Shown: piece by piece, positions 12,899 to 25,624 of the stretch
Position numbering within the stretch: the stretch's first letter is position 1
Layout: the number at the start of each line of letters is the position of its first letter
Assembly: GCF_036321535.1 (NCBI RefSeq)
Contig: NC_087436.1
Coordinates: forward strand, 12,586,001-12,650,000
Length of the DNA stretch: 64,000 bases
Direction of reading: 5' to 3'
Origin: Camelus dromedarius
Lineage: Eukaryota
The notes under the pieces: generated by a model
Databases searched by the model: none
Told to the model about the DNA's origin: nothing
The model's input: the letters and a program-made list of their open reading frames with translations, nothing else
Program-made: the position numbers and the translations under genes

Positions 12899-13486
12899 TA
12901 TATTAGTCAGCGTTCTCCAGAAAGCAGAACCAATAGTTCTGTGGATATATAGACACATATATATGTAGATATAGATATAGATTAAGAATAGATAGAGGTC
13001 TCTAGAGATGTTAATATTGCTATAGATACATGTATATAGAGAGAGATTTATTATAAGGAATTGGTCACTTGATTATGGTGGCTGTCAAGTCCCAGGATCT
13101 GCAGGGCCAGTTGGTGAGCTGGAGACCCAGGAGAGGTGATGGTGCAGTTGCATTCTGAAGGCTGGCAGGCTCAAGGCCCAGGAAGAGCCACTGCTTCAGT
13201 CTGAGTCCAAACACATGGAAAATGTAACATCCCAGTTCAAAGGCAGTCAGGCACAAGGAATTCTCCCTTATCTGGGGGCAGGCCAGCATTCTTGTTCTTT
13301 TCATGCCTTCAACTGATTGGATGAGGCCCACACACATTAGGGAGGGTAATCTGCTTTACTTAGACAACTAGTGTAAATGTTAATCTCAACCTAAAACACC
13401 TTCACAGAAACACCCAGAAAAATGTTTGACCGGAACCTGGGCAACCTATGACCCAGTCAAGGTGACACATAAAATTAACCATCACA
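12899..13486 (-). mobile_element. MLT2 (ERVL) solo LTR with internal (TA/GA)-rich simple repeat
   Basis: TATTAGTCAGCGTTCTCCAGAAAGCAGAACCAATAG ... GAGATTTATTATAAGGAATTGG ... GACACATAAAATTAACCATCACA. Confidence 0.92.
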
Positions 13487-13809
13487 GTACTCAACCAGGA
13501 GAAATTGTGATAAAGAAATTATAGCTGGTAATCAGTATTTTAATCATCCATGGTTTATGGACTTAATTAATTTTTTTCTCAACTTCTTAGCTTATAAAAA
13601 CCAACACACTTGAGTCACTTCCACATATGAAGTTTTACACTCATGTCCATCATAATACACTTACCTTGTTTAGAAGAACTAAATGCCATTGAAACAGATT
13701 TCAAGGAAATGGATTTCATTTGTAATAAAATAAAAGCATATGTTCCTTTTAGAAATAAAGTATCTGCAACCAACTTTTGGTTACCCTGCAAATCAATTAT
13801 GCCAAAGAC

Positions 13810-14342
13810 TGGTCAGTACCTTTAAAAAGCAATCCACTCCTAGGTGGAGAATTGAAAACATACATACAAAACTTGTATGCGAGTATTCACAGCAGCATTA
13901 TTTATTACAGCCAAAAGGTAAGAATGCACAAATTGTCCATCAACTGATTAATGGATAAACCAAATGGAATATATCCACCCAATGGGATATTATTCTTTAT
14001 AAAAAGAAATGAAGTTGTTACAAATGCTACATCGATAAACCTTGGAAACACGCTAAGCAAAGGAAGCCAGACACAGAAGGTCACATATGCTATATTATTT
14101 ATGTGAGATGTCCCAGAACAGGCAAAAATATAAAGACAGAAAATACTTCAGCGGTTGCCAGGGGTGGGAGGGAGGAATAGGGAGTGACTGGTAGCAGGTA
14201 CAGGATTTCTTTTTGGTGCAATAAAAATATTCTAGAATTTTTTTAGTGATGATGGATGCACAAATTTGTGAATATACTAAAATCCCTATATTGCACACCC
14301 AGAAGAGTGACTTTCATCTTAATTAACCTGTTTTTTTAAAAA
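13810..14342 (+). mobile_element. L1MB-type 3' end
   Basis: TTCACAGCAGCATTATT...TGTCCATCAACTGAT...GGAAGCCAGACACAGAAGG...TTGTGAATATACTAAAA. Confidence 0.85.
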
Positions 14343-15859
14343 ATTATCTATTGTGCTTGTCCTCCTGAGAGGCAGAATGTATTTGAGAACTTTTAAATAT
14401 AGAAAAGACTTTAGGAGAAAAAAATTAGAATGTGAATCTCCCACCTAAATTCCAATAAAATATTTCTAAGCTTATTAATAATTACATTGAGAGAGCAGTA
14501 AGGCTAGGGTAAAATTTGTTTTGTTTAATGCTCTCTTTGAAGGAGACTCAAAGTCTAATAATACTCAAAGATTTGGGGGTCACACGGACGTGAATTCAAT
14601 TTTAAAAACTCAGTCTTTGGTCACCAGAGGGAAGAAATAGCAGGTTTGTCACAGAAAACATTGCACGCGGTGCTAAGAGCTGCACGCCTCCTGAGCCACC
14701 TCTCCCGGAGAGCAGGAGTCGGTGGGAAACTTCCCTACCTACCTCCCTGGGTGCTGACTGTGCTCCCTGGCACAAACTTTCAGTCCGGTTTCTCAGATAG
14801 ATCTACTGAACCGAGGAACAACTCTCCATTTGAACTAAAATCCCTAATCTTTGAAGAATTGCCCATTATCCTCAGTTCTGGCCAGAACAGTGATGGTGAC
14901 TGCAGAAACAGAACTTTTACCTGATCAGATACATGTGGTACCAGGCCATCTGTAGAAGCAAAAGGAATACATACGCTTTTGAGGTTCTTTTCACTGTTAG
15001 TGGTTTGGAAAATCCCATTTTACTCTGAATCATCAAATCTACAGGTTTTCACTAAAGGCATATGGCCGTTATTGTTTTCTCTAATAGAGAGGACTGTGTG
15101 AAAGGCTGACACTACAGCACACCTCTCCCATATTTGTACCCTGGCTTTTGTTTTAATAGAGCGATTAAGGCTGCAAAAATTAAAGCAAGCATATTACATA
15201 TGGTTTCTTCCTCTGTGGTAATAGATCCCATTTTCTTTCACTGCAAAACAATAAAAAGCCCACTGCACTGAGAGACACCCAATGAGTTTTGCAGTCCCAC
15301 GTAGGTCAATAGCTAAGTCTGTGACCGTGAGCAAGTCACTTACCCTCTGTAGGTCTCAGTCTCTTTCATCATAAAATAGTGGAGATTAAGCAGATGCTCT
15401 CTCAACCCTTTTGACATTCACCATCCTATGATCTGAATTCTGCATTTTGTCTCAGTGGGCACACACACTGGTTCAAGTCACATGGTCTCTGTCCTGCAGG
15501 AGAGATGTGCTTTGGGACTGTTTCCAGTCATTGGTGTTTTTGCTTTGCTGTCCCCCTTTTCAGAGAGTGTAGAGGCAATGAGGCAGTCACAAGAAATAGC
15601 GGCTCTATTGGGCAGAAATTGACACGTTGTAACTGATTATACTTTAATAAAAAAAAAGAATAATAAAAAGAGAAATAGGGGATCCAAACTTGAGCTTTGC
15701 ATGTCTTTTCATTGGAAGGGCTTTATCTTTGAAATTTTGATGGAGCAACTGGCAGAATTGTTGTGGTTAAATCTGAAGCCCCAAGAACCTAGATTTTATG
15801 CCCCAGTACTTTTGAATCACCCCCCTCCCAAGACACACACAAAGACCCCCATTCCATCT

Positions 15860-16625
15860 CTGAGCTTTCAGGCAGGTCTGAATTCTATCATCGCAACGGC
15901 CCATTAGACAGCATCACGTAGGGGTAGTTCAGAGGCCTCAAATTCAACATTGCTAAAACTGAACGGATTCTCCTTTTCCACATCAAATTAGTTTTCCCAT
16001 CTTCGACTTCAACCTTTGCACATATCTCAAGTCTTTCCTCTCTTCTCCAGCCCCTCAGTGCTCTATTATTTCTACCTGCACAGTCCATCACTTGGACCAT
16101 CACAGAGCTTTCTAACAATTCCACCCCCAAAGATTTTTCCTTCTGTCCTCCTGCTGCCCTAATCATCTTCCCAAAGCATACTTTCCATCATGCCACTCAC
16201 CTTTACCCGTCCCACATAAACTATCAAAATTTAAACTCCTCTCTGCAGTCATCAAGTCCCTCTACTGTCTGGCCTGAGTCCACTCCTGAAAGAGCCCGCC
16301 TTCCTCGCAAACACCTAAGGCTATACGTCTTTGCACCTGGAACTTCCCTCCCCAATCTCCCTAGGAGCAAATTACAAATCACCTGTCCTGTTAGTCTCTT
16401 AGATTCTTTTCCCTTCGCACAGCAAGAAACACAATCTCCCTTCTCGGAAATCCCGTGGGAACTTTTCATACTCATTTCCCTTGGATGATACTTACTGCTG
16501 TATGTATTTTATCCTCAGGTCAAGATGAAGGCTGATTTTTGCTGTTGTCTGCCCCCCTCCTCTGCCCCACAGCTTCCATATGGGAAAATCACAGCCAAAA
16601 AAGAACTCAGCTTCACAAACATATG
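15860..16625 (+). mobile_element. L2 fragments
   Basis: CCTCAAATTCAACATTGCTAAAACTGAAC and pyrimidine-rich L2 3' region motifs. Confidence 0.65.
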
Positions 16626-17022
16626 ACTGATCAGAGCCTTGATTAAGTTTCTTTAGTACATCACCTGAACTCTAAATATAAGGACATTTAATAATTTTAT
16701 ACATTTATAAAATCATGAAATGTAAACCAAAACATCACTTGCTAAAATTGGGAAGGACTTATTTTTTTTTTAATCGTTAATAGATACCTTACCACTGAAT
16801 TTAATTTTCTTCGATTGATGTGAGAGTGACCTATTTGGGAAATGTAACACTGATTTACAGAACCTGCAGCACAGCTGAATGTCAAAGGTTTACTGGATGT
16901 TATGTGACCTTCTTCTGTTCCCTTAAATTAACTAGAATATTCTTAAAAGTGTGCTTTAAACCAGGGCTTCCAATATCATTAGATTTGATTTGATGATTTA
17001 TAGCCCTCTGAAAAGAAGAATA

Positions 17023-17346
17023 TAGTCTTCCCGTGGTATCCATGGCGGACTGGTTCCAGGACCCCTGCAGATACCAAAATCCACAGGTGCTCAAGGTCCT
17101 TATACATATAAAAATGGCAGAGTATTTGCATGTAACCTAAGTGCATCCTCCAGTAAATCCATGCACTAAATCTCCAGATTACTTACAATACCTAACATCA
17201 CATAATGCTATATGAATAGTTTCTGGCATGCAGCATATTCAAGTTTTGCTTTTTGGAACTTTCTGGAACTTTTTTCCAAATAGTTTCTATCTGCAGTTGG
17301 TTGAATCAGTAGGTGGATGCAGAACCAGCAGATACAGAGGGCCAAA
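17023..17346 (+). mobile_element. MER2-type TcMar-Tigger MITE
   Basis: GGTATCCATGGCGGACTGGTTCCAGGACCCCTGCAGATACCAAAATCC ... GGATGCAGAACCAGCAGATACAGAGGGCCAA. Confidence 0.88.
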
Positions 17347-17699
17347 TAACAGTGGATCAGTCAAGTACAACTTTGCCATAAAAAAACTGTAAGACAGTTT
17401 CCACATTAATCACCTATTTTATAGATGAATAATCCAGAGAATAATTGTTAAGTATTTAACTATAAAAAATGAAGAAAGGGGAAATAAGCATTTGAAATGT
17501 CCTTTCCTCTTTCCACATTTTCTCTTATCATATTTTTAAAAATATTTATCATGTATGATAAGGCTATGTAAAAATAAAATCAAACCATATAATTTGGCTT
17601 ATGAGTACAATGCAATGATGGTGAAATATTCTATTTACATCACTGTATGATTACCCCAGAACCAATACATTTTTCCTATTTCTCATATGCTGAGATTAT

Positions 17700-18620
17700 C
17701 TAATAAATATTTACTGAGAATCCATTATATGCCCTATTCTGTTCTAGATGTCAAGGTATGGTAGAGAACAGTACAGAAAAACATCACAGCTCTTATGAAG
17801 CTCGTGTTCTACTTGAAGGAGACAAAATAAGCCAGCAAATGAATAAAGAGAACAGTTTCATAGTGACCAACACTATGGAGAAAATTAAGAAGGGTGATGG
17901 AAAGGAGAGTGATTGGCCAATAGTTATTATAAATAAGGAAGTCAAAGAGAAAGTCAGTCTAAAAGACAAGAAGAATCCACAAAGCAACAATCTGGGAGGA
18001 GAGGAATTCCAGGCTAGGGGAACAGCAAATGTAAAAGCCTTCCATCAGATATAAACGTGGAGGGTTCAAGGACCAGGAAGGAGGTCACTGGAGCTGGCAC
18101 AGAAAGAGTGAGAGGGAGAGTTAAGGGTACGGAGTTTGAGGAGCATGGAGAGACAAGGTTATGCACGGCCCCATCTTGGTCAAGGTAATAAATGTCTGTC
18201 TTACCCTAATAATAACCAAAGACCATTAAAAAATTTGAACAAGTGTATGTAGTCTACATAGTGCTTTGAAAGAGCATCTTGAATGTTGTATGGAGAGAGG
18301 ATGGACTGAGATAGATTGAGGGGAAAGTAGGAATAGAAGCAGTTAGGAGGCTATGTTCAGATGCTGACTTGGGTCTGGGGAGAAGCAGTGGCCGTGATGA
18401 GGAATGACCATTTGGAATGCTTACAGTCCCATGTGGGGGATACGTGCAGGGGGTTTTGGCCTAATAACTGAGTGAATGGTGGGGTCACTTACTGAGGAGG
18501 AGCAGATTTGAGATGAGAAAAAATCAAGAATTCCACTCAATATACCAAGTTTTAGCAAGCTATGAAACAGCCAAGTGGAGATACAGGGTCAATAGGTGGG
18601 TACATGACCTTGGCACCCTG
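17700..18620 (-). mobile_element. L2 LINE fragment
   Basis: AATAAATATTTACTGAG...GAATTCCAGGCTAGGGGAACAGC...GCAGTTAGGAGGCTA. Confidence 0.8.
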
Positions 18621-19384
18621 GAGATTATCTGATTGGCAGTTCATTTCCAAAAACTTGTACCACCTTCTTACAGATACTTGGCAAAGACTTTTACCATCTT
18701 CCGTTGCTCTCCCCCTCAAAGCTGCTAGTGGAACTTCTTCAGAGACAAATACCCACAACTAACTTCTTTTTCATACTTACTTCTTCACATGGATGGCCCA
18801 AGCTCACACTGAGAAGAATGTCAATTTTTTTTTGGAGTCCTGAAATGGGAAGTTTTCTTAATTTTCAGTACAAAGGGTACACACTACTGGGCCTTCTGGA
18901 ATCTTAAACTCTCATCCATATTTCTGGCCAACCGACATGTCTTGAGAACCATTAAATTCACCAGCAAAGACTAATTTCTAACCTTCACTTTGCCAATCAG
19001 CAAAGCATCTAGTATTGATTAGAGCTAAAATAGTTGAAGAGTTCATAGGAGCTCTCTCCTCTGAGAGAGTCATTTTGACTGAATGCCACACCACCACCCC
19101 TGGGGTGTGTGTTCCCACCTCGGGCAACTCCCCAACGCCCATGTGGATTAAAACTAATTAACACACTCCTCCATACCACACTGCCCCCGATGAAGGGTTT
19201 AAAAAGTAAGTCACCACTGACACAGCAGGCAAACAGCAATAAATCCTCCAGTGAAACAGAGTAAATGTTGGCAGAGCCAATGGAGGGCCAGAGTACGGAA
19301 AGTGCTGACTGCCAAGATGCGTAAATTCAACAAGCATTGGGGAACCTTTGAACCAGAGACTCGAATCATCATCTCACACTAAGG

Positions 19385-19630
19385 TAGCATTGGAGAGCAT
19401 GGGTTGAGGAGGACCCCTGGGGTGAATGCCAACCCTGCCACATACTCAGGCCGTGTGAACTTGGGCAAACTGTCTCCACACCTCAGTTTCTTCCCCCGTA
19501 AAATAGGGATGATTAAAATATCTAATTCATCAGATTGCTGAGGAGGGTTTATTATAAAAAAAATTAAGATAATGTAAAGTGCTTGTAACAGTACCTGGCA
19601 CTAGTAAATGGTGAATAAACGTTGGCTGGT
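19385..19630 (+). mobile_element. MIR SINE
   Basis: TGTGAACTTGGGCAAACTG...CCTCAGTTTCTTCCCCCGTAAAATAGGGATGAT...TGTAAAGTGCTT. Confidence 0.85.
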
Positions 19631-20299
19631 CGTATAAGGAGATGAGGGTATAAATGAGGGAGTGGGTGTAGGGATGCAAAGTAAGACAGCACCACGTTGG
19701 ACCCAAGGGTTACTGGGAACGGGCATGACTCCCTACCATCCAGGCAATAATTATGGTTACTTCTTGGCCCCCTCTCTCCCTTTCCCTGCAACATGCCTGA
19801 CTATAGGTGGAACTTAAATTAATTTGCAGGACTGAATTACCCCCTAGGCCTGGTGACAATGCAACAATCCCTGATATGGAGGTTTCATCATTTAGAGGTG
19901 ACACTGGCCCTCCCAGAAGCAACTGGCTGCAGCTGTACGGCATCGACAAAGTGCGGGGGTGCAAAACTCTTCTGTTATTAACTTAACAGAAATGTGGGGT
20001 AACATGCTCAGATGGCAGACACATTGTGTGGGAAAAGTATAGGCTGAAAGACTATGATCAACCTTGCAAATGACTGTTTTGTTTTGTTTTTTCTCAGCCA
20101 GAATGAGTAACAATTCATACAGGGGAGCAGAAAAGAAATCCAACTTCATTCATTTTGCTGTTTCAATATCTTTCCTGAAAATATATATTCAAGTTTTTAA
20201 ATAGAACATACTTTTAGGGTTTCTTGTATCAGACAGATTGTTCAGTTGTTTGTCTAACTAGAATTTAATCAAATTATTCTTTAATAAAGTGGTGATTGT

Positions 20300-20620
20300 T
20301 CATTTATTTAACCAGTATCTACTGTGTTCCTACTCTAGGTACTAAAAACACATCAGTGAGTTAAACAGACAAAATTCCCTACCTGAATGAACCTTCTATT
20401 CTAGTGGGAAGAGATAAACAATAAACAAATAGACAAATGCAATAAGTAAATCACAGAGCATGTTAGAAGACGTAAATACAATGGAAAATAGAGGTAGAGG
20501 TGATTAGGTAGGTAGAGGTGATTAGGTAGGTAGAGGTGAGGGGGGTGCTATTTTAAACGGAATGATCAGAAAAGTGTTCATTGAAAGAAGACTTGAGAAG
20601 TAAGCTGAAGAATGTGATGA
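20300..20620 (-). mobile_element. L2 3' fragment
   Basis: TTCATTTATTTAACCAGTATCTACTG...ACAGACAAAATTCCCTACC...TTCTAGTGGG. Confidence 0.7.
20492..20539. repeat. 18-bp tandem repeat (AGGTAGAGGTGATTAGGT) x2.7
   Basis: Direct reading; copies identical. Confidence 0.85.
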
Positions 20621-21239
20621 CAGCCACTAAAACAGTTACAATTAAGACAAAACACCTCAGGAAAACTAAAATAAATGATGGGAGACATCACAGACAAAAT
20701 TCTGATCTGCAAACAGATTTCAGGATTATCTGATGTTATAAAAGGACATGATGGCCACAGACTGCTTTATGGCAGAAAGAATAGAATCCAACATGCAACA
20801 GTGTAGAAACGAGCCACTTATGGCTTAGAAGAATGGCTTCAGTCAGGAATTTCAAAACCCAGGCCAAAACTAACACTTTTACCCCAAACTGAAGAAGAGT
20901 GTTATCTTTCTTTCCATGGAAATAAAAATACATATTCTTTTGAAACACCACCTTATTTGGTCCATATGCATCACCTTTAGTCAATCAGAGAATGTTTATT
21001 GAGCTTCTACAATATCCCTGGCCTTGTTTGTAAAGATATACTGTGAAAAAAAATTCACATTTCTGAGTCAATCTTCTGTTGGGAGTTTAGGGAACACAGG
21101 ATTAGAGAAATTTCTATAAAACCTAGGGCCATGGGAAAATTTCAGGTATATAAGGCTTTGGATTTGCTCATTTTAAAATGATCAGTTTATTGCTTGGTAA
21201 AATAACTACAAATATTACTTTAAGTCACATTCATTGTAA

Positions 21240-22020
21240 GTATTTGTCAGGTTATAATTTCAGTATGATGTGGATCAAAGAGACCTCAACATAAAATGGC
21301 TTAAATAAGCTAGATTATTACTCACTCCTTTATGCCATTGTTGTCTAGCTGTTCTAGGCTGGCAGGGCCTTTCTTCCCACATGGACATTCTGAGACCCAC
21401 GTACCTGGTACCTTGTGCTTGGCCATGCCCAAAGCATCATCCTCGTCTTCATGGTCATAGTCAGGTCTCATCATCCTTGTCTTCATGGTCATAGTCAGGT
21501 CTCATCATCCTTGTCTTCATGGTCATAGCCAGGTCCATGGCACGTCTTTATTCCAGTTCCTGCAAGAATAAAAGAACTGATGCCTGAACAAAGTGACTGG
21601 TCCTTGGTCTGGAGACGGGATATGAGTTGATTATATCACTTCTCCTCATGGCTCCCTGGTCCAATGTTAGTCACATGGCCACACCTAGCTGCAAGGAAGA
21701 CTGGGAGATGTTCTCTCTACCTAGATTACAACATATCTGGGAAGAAAGAGGCAACTTGCAGTTGGCTATAGTCTGCTCATCTGTCCACCCAAGTATCCTA
21801 CACATCATTTTACCTACACATACAACACACCGCCCTTCTCCCAAGGGAAAATATTCAAAGTCCCATCCAGTTTCTGCAGCCAGCTCAAAATTCAGGATCC
21901 CTGAGTAATTAGCAGCTTCCCCATCTGGTCCAGAGTGGCTCCTCAGGCCCAGAAATGTATCAGTTAGGAAGCAAGTTAGATATGCTATTTACATTCTTCC
22001 CAGTATACACATAACACACA
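21240..22020 (-). mobile_element. MLT1 (MaLR) LTR plus adjoining internal fragment
   Basis: AATGGCTTAAATAAG...GTCACATGGCCACACCTAGCTGCAAGGAAGACTGGGAGATG, then internal-like sequence after about 21770. Confidence 0.75.
21435..21535. repeat. 34-bp minisatellite x3 (CATCATCCTTGTCTTCATGGTCATAGTCAGGTCT)
   Basis: Units at 21435-21468, 21469-21502 and 21503-21535, nearly identical. Confidence 0.95.
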
Positions 22021-22399
22021 ATTGAAACCAAATTTTAGCTTAAGCGTATCCCTTTCTTATAATACTTATAATACTTGGGTAAGAGCCTCAGAGGGTCATA
22101 GGAAAGCACATCTTCAAATTAAGCAGTTGGGTACTCTAGGTATCTGAGATCACTGCTTGTGGTTTTCTGAGATGCTTCAGGCTGAGGGAGTGATCAATAA
22201 CTTCTTGGAGGGTCCTGAGGTTTACAGCCGCCTACAGGTGAGCTCTCAAGCACTGATGGGTAAGGTTGGCAGTGACAACTTCCCTGCTCTTCACTCCCTT
22301 AGCCATTCCACTGGTTGTGGAAGCTTCTAACTCCCTGTATTAAAATGTTTTATTCTTGGAATTTTGACTCTTATTTTCCTGACCAAACCCCAACTGTTA

Positions 22400-22578
22400 T
22401 GCCATATTCCACTGAACCTAAATCCTCATCAAATATAAGACCCACCAATGATTTTTTCAACACACAAAGAAGAAAGACTATTGCTCGGTAAACTATGATA
22501 TGTCATTGATTGTGAAAACATTCTAGTTTCAGAGATATTTCAGTGTTTAAAGTTTGCCTCCTGGAATCATATGGAAAG
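22400..22578 (-). mobile_element. MER104-like TcMar MITE
   Basis: ATATAAGACCCACC...TCATTGATTGTGAAAACATTCTAGTTTCAGAGAT...GGAATCAT. Confidence 0.45.
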
Positions 22579-22599
22579 AGTTACTCTACTTGGAATTGT

Positions 22600-23520
22600 T
22601 TTCTTATGAATGAGATGAAGTAGGATCAAGTTTTATATTTTTTCACATGGATACTGAATTGTCTCAGCATCATTTATTTATTATTTAGTAAATAATAAAA
22701 AATTTCTTCTTCCCTGATCTGCCTCTGTCACATATCAAGTACCCGTACACGTGTGCATGTGATTCTGGGCTCTCTAGTGCATTCCACTGGCTCATCTATC
22801 TTTACACCAATATCAAGCTGCCTTAGTTACTAGACTGTCAAAAAGTTTTTGACAGCTAGTGAGCAAATCCTTCCAACCTGCTCTTCTTCAGGACAAGCCT
22901 GGCCTTCTGTATACTGTATAAATCTTAGACTGAGCTTGCCAAGTCACACACAAAGCACCGACTTTGATTCCGATGGCACTGACTCGCCAAATGAATTGTC
23001 ATGAACAATACTTGGTCTTCCATTTTATGAACAATACTTAGTTCTCCATTTATATAGGATTCTTTCAATAAAAATATCTTAAGAGTACTTGTAGAAGCCT
23101 GGCACTTATTTTGCTGGATTTATTCCAAAGTGCTTCATATTTTTGATGCTTTCATGAATGGTAACTTTGTACAATTCAATGTACGTAGGTTGTCTTTGCA
23201 AACTCTCGCAAGACTGTGAATAATACCAGCTGTGTTTCTTCCTTCTAATCCTTGTACCTTTTATTTCTTTTTCTAGCCCTATCGAACTCACTGGAGCCTT
23301 GAATCAAGTGTGGGGTGCAAGTGGTGGTAGTAAACATGCTTGTCCTTTGCTTGATCACAAAGGAAAGAATTCAGCATTTCACCAAGTGTGACATTAGCAT
23401 TAGTTATTTTAGAGAATAAGAATGCTACCTTCTATTCCTAGTTTGCTAAAAGACTTTATTTTTTTTTAAAAAAATAGACCATTTTACCAAAGGTTTTATT
23501 ACATGATGACAAATGTTCAA
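22600..23520 (-). mobile_element. Ancient L1 ORF2 fragment
   Basis: TTCACATGGATACTGAATTGTCTCAGCATCATTTATT...TTCTATTCCTAGTTTGCTAA. Confidence 0.75.
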
Positions 23521-23889
23521 GGGCATTCCAGCCTGCAGTATCTTTCTCATCACCAGCTACTTTCCCACTAGTACGCAACACATTATCATTTTTTGTTATG
23601 ACGGGACACTGTCCCCGGGTACCAATTTCTGAATTTCTTAAGGTAAACACTAAACTATTCTAACAAAAGTATCCCAATACAGACAGTTGAATGGAAATGA
23701 TTTATTTCTTTCTTACATAGCAGTCTGTCTCTGTTCCCACAGAGAAGCTCAGATCTATGTTGGCATTCACTTGAGAATTTTTTTTTTTAATATGCTAAAG
23801 CTTTACTACCTAAAGAAGAGAAAAAGTCTCATAGCATTTTGAGAAATTCTAGTACAAAAATCACTGATGCTGCTTAAAATGGTCATACC

Positions 23890-24290
23890 CAATGTGACAG
23901 ACTATACTAACCTTCAAAATCTGTGCTTTCCCCTTCCCTTGCACATGGCTGCCCAGTAAAGGATGGCAATTCTGCATCTCCTTTGCAGCCAGACGTGGCC
24001 ACGGACTTAGTGTGGGCCACGGGATGAAGTGAGGGGAAGGAAAGTGGACAACTTCCAGGTATCTCCTTTTTATACACAAACTGCCTTTCTGGGACTTTGG
24101 CCCTTTATTCTTTCCTGCCAACTGGAAAGCAGATCTGCCAGCGATCCAGTTGTGACCAAGTAGATGAAGATGGTCTGGGAGTGGCAGGGCAACTGGCAGA
24201 AATGTACCTATTCTTGATTTGCCTCCTCTACTCCCATAGCGTAAACAGCTTTTGGAAGAGGCAGTTTATTATCAGTCCATAAAATGAGTT
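23890..24290 (+). mobile_element. Old MLT1 (MaLR) LTR
   Basis: GCATCTCCTTTGCAGCCAGACGTGGCCACGGACTTAG...ACAACTTCCAGG. Confidence 0.6.
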
Positions 24291-24924
24291 TAAAAAATTA
24301 ATTGTGAAATTTCCTATTTCGGTATCTGCATTAGAAGCTAATAAAGTGTTCAACTGTCTGGGAAAAGATGGCTAGAAATAGATTTTTTTTTAAACCGGAA
24401 CAACTGTTCAAGCATTTTCTTGTTTTACATTCTCAACCACTAAATTCAAGCCTAACAAATATTTTTGAGGGCCTATACTTTACATTAGACGTTGTCAGAG
24501 ATCCTAGGAAATAATAAACCATAAGACAAATAATAGTCGTCAGTGACAATAGTGAATAAGCCAGTCACTGACACACATTTTCCCTCTGTGCCTCTCTCTG
24601 CCTCCTCCCTTGTCTCTGAAATTTGACTTCTGAATGCAGGTAACCACTAAAGAGTATATTTTAAAGTATTTGGTGGATAGAGAACAAAATTCAGCTTCAA
24701 ACTAACTCAAATCCTCTAGCTGATTTCAAACAGATACACATGGTTATTACCACAGCACAAAGGAAAATGATCACTGTAGTAGGTTGTTCTGGTTCTACTG
24801 CTCTGCAGAACCTCAAACATTACAGCAGAACAAACTACACTGTAAAAAACCGGCTGATCATTATTTTAAGGAGTAATCAGTAATAAACTTTAATAATGTT
24901 TGAAGCTCGTAATCTAAGTAATAA

Positions 24925-25085
24925 TATTGCCAGTTCTATGAAGTACTAATTATGTGCTAAGGACCTTACATGTAAGTGATTCAGTCCACCCACAAAAACT
25001 CTAGAGGTAGATATCACTAATGTCCTCATTTTACAGATAAGAAAACAAAGACCAGAGGGGTTAAGGAAATTGCTCAGCTAATACA
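24925..25085 (-). mobile_element. MIR SINE
   Basis: CTCTAGAGGTAGATATC...CCTCATTTTACAGATAAGAAAAC...AGAGGGGTTAAG. Confidence 0.8.
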
Positions 25086-25466
25086 GCATTCATGTGTCCT
25101 CAGCCTAGATTATTAGTATCTTATCCTTGTTTATAGTCACTTCTCAATCTTATTTGGCTTCTCCATAACCTTGTCTTCATTTACCTCATTTTCTCATCTA
25201 TTTAAAATATGTTTCATAAAGGTGCCCTGTATGCATCAATAAGGGCTATCTTAAACTTCTTTAGAACTAAGAAGTCAAATAGTCAAATTCTGTATCTTTA
25301 TGTGATGTGAAGTCTGTAATATTTAATTCATGTATAATTTCCAGAATAACTATTTAAATGGCTCTAGTTAGTATAAAAATATAGTATTATTTTAGGAATA
25401 TATTCTATAATCCAATGTATAGACTTATCAATGAGCCATAAATATTTTTATGTTAAGAATCATGCA

Positions 25467-25624
25467 GTTCTCTTAAAAAAAAAAAGACAAACAAACTTAT
25501 TTACAAAACAGAAACAGACACACAGACATAGAAAACAAACTTATGGTTACCGGGGGGAGGGAAGGGGTGGGAAACTGACACACTACTGTAAACTGACTAT
25601 ACTTCAATTTAAAAAGCATAAAAA
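25467..25624 (+). mobile_element. Short young L1 3'-UTR insertion with internal deletion
   Basis: AAACTTATTTACAAAACAGAAACAGAC...ACTGACTATACTTCAATT + A-tail; perfect 12-bp TSD AAGAATCATGCA (25455-25466 / 25625-25636). Confidence 0.9.

Noticed and set aside
17758..18054. 98-aa lysine-rich ORF
   Set aside because: Antisense reading of a purine-rich L2 relic.
21435..21535. Repeat array as CRISPR-like
   Set aside because: Head-to-tail tandem units with no spacers, in mammalian DNA, and no cas genes.
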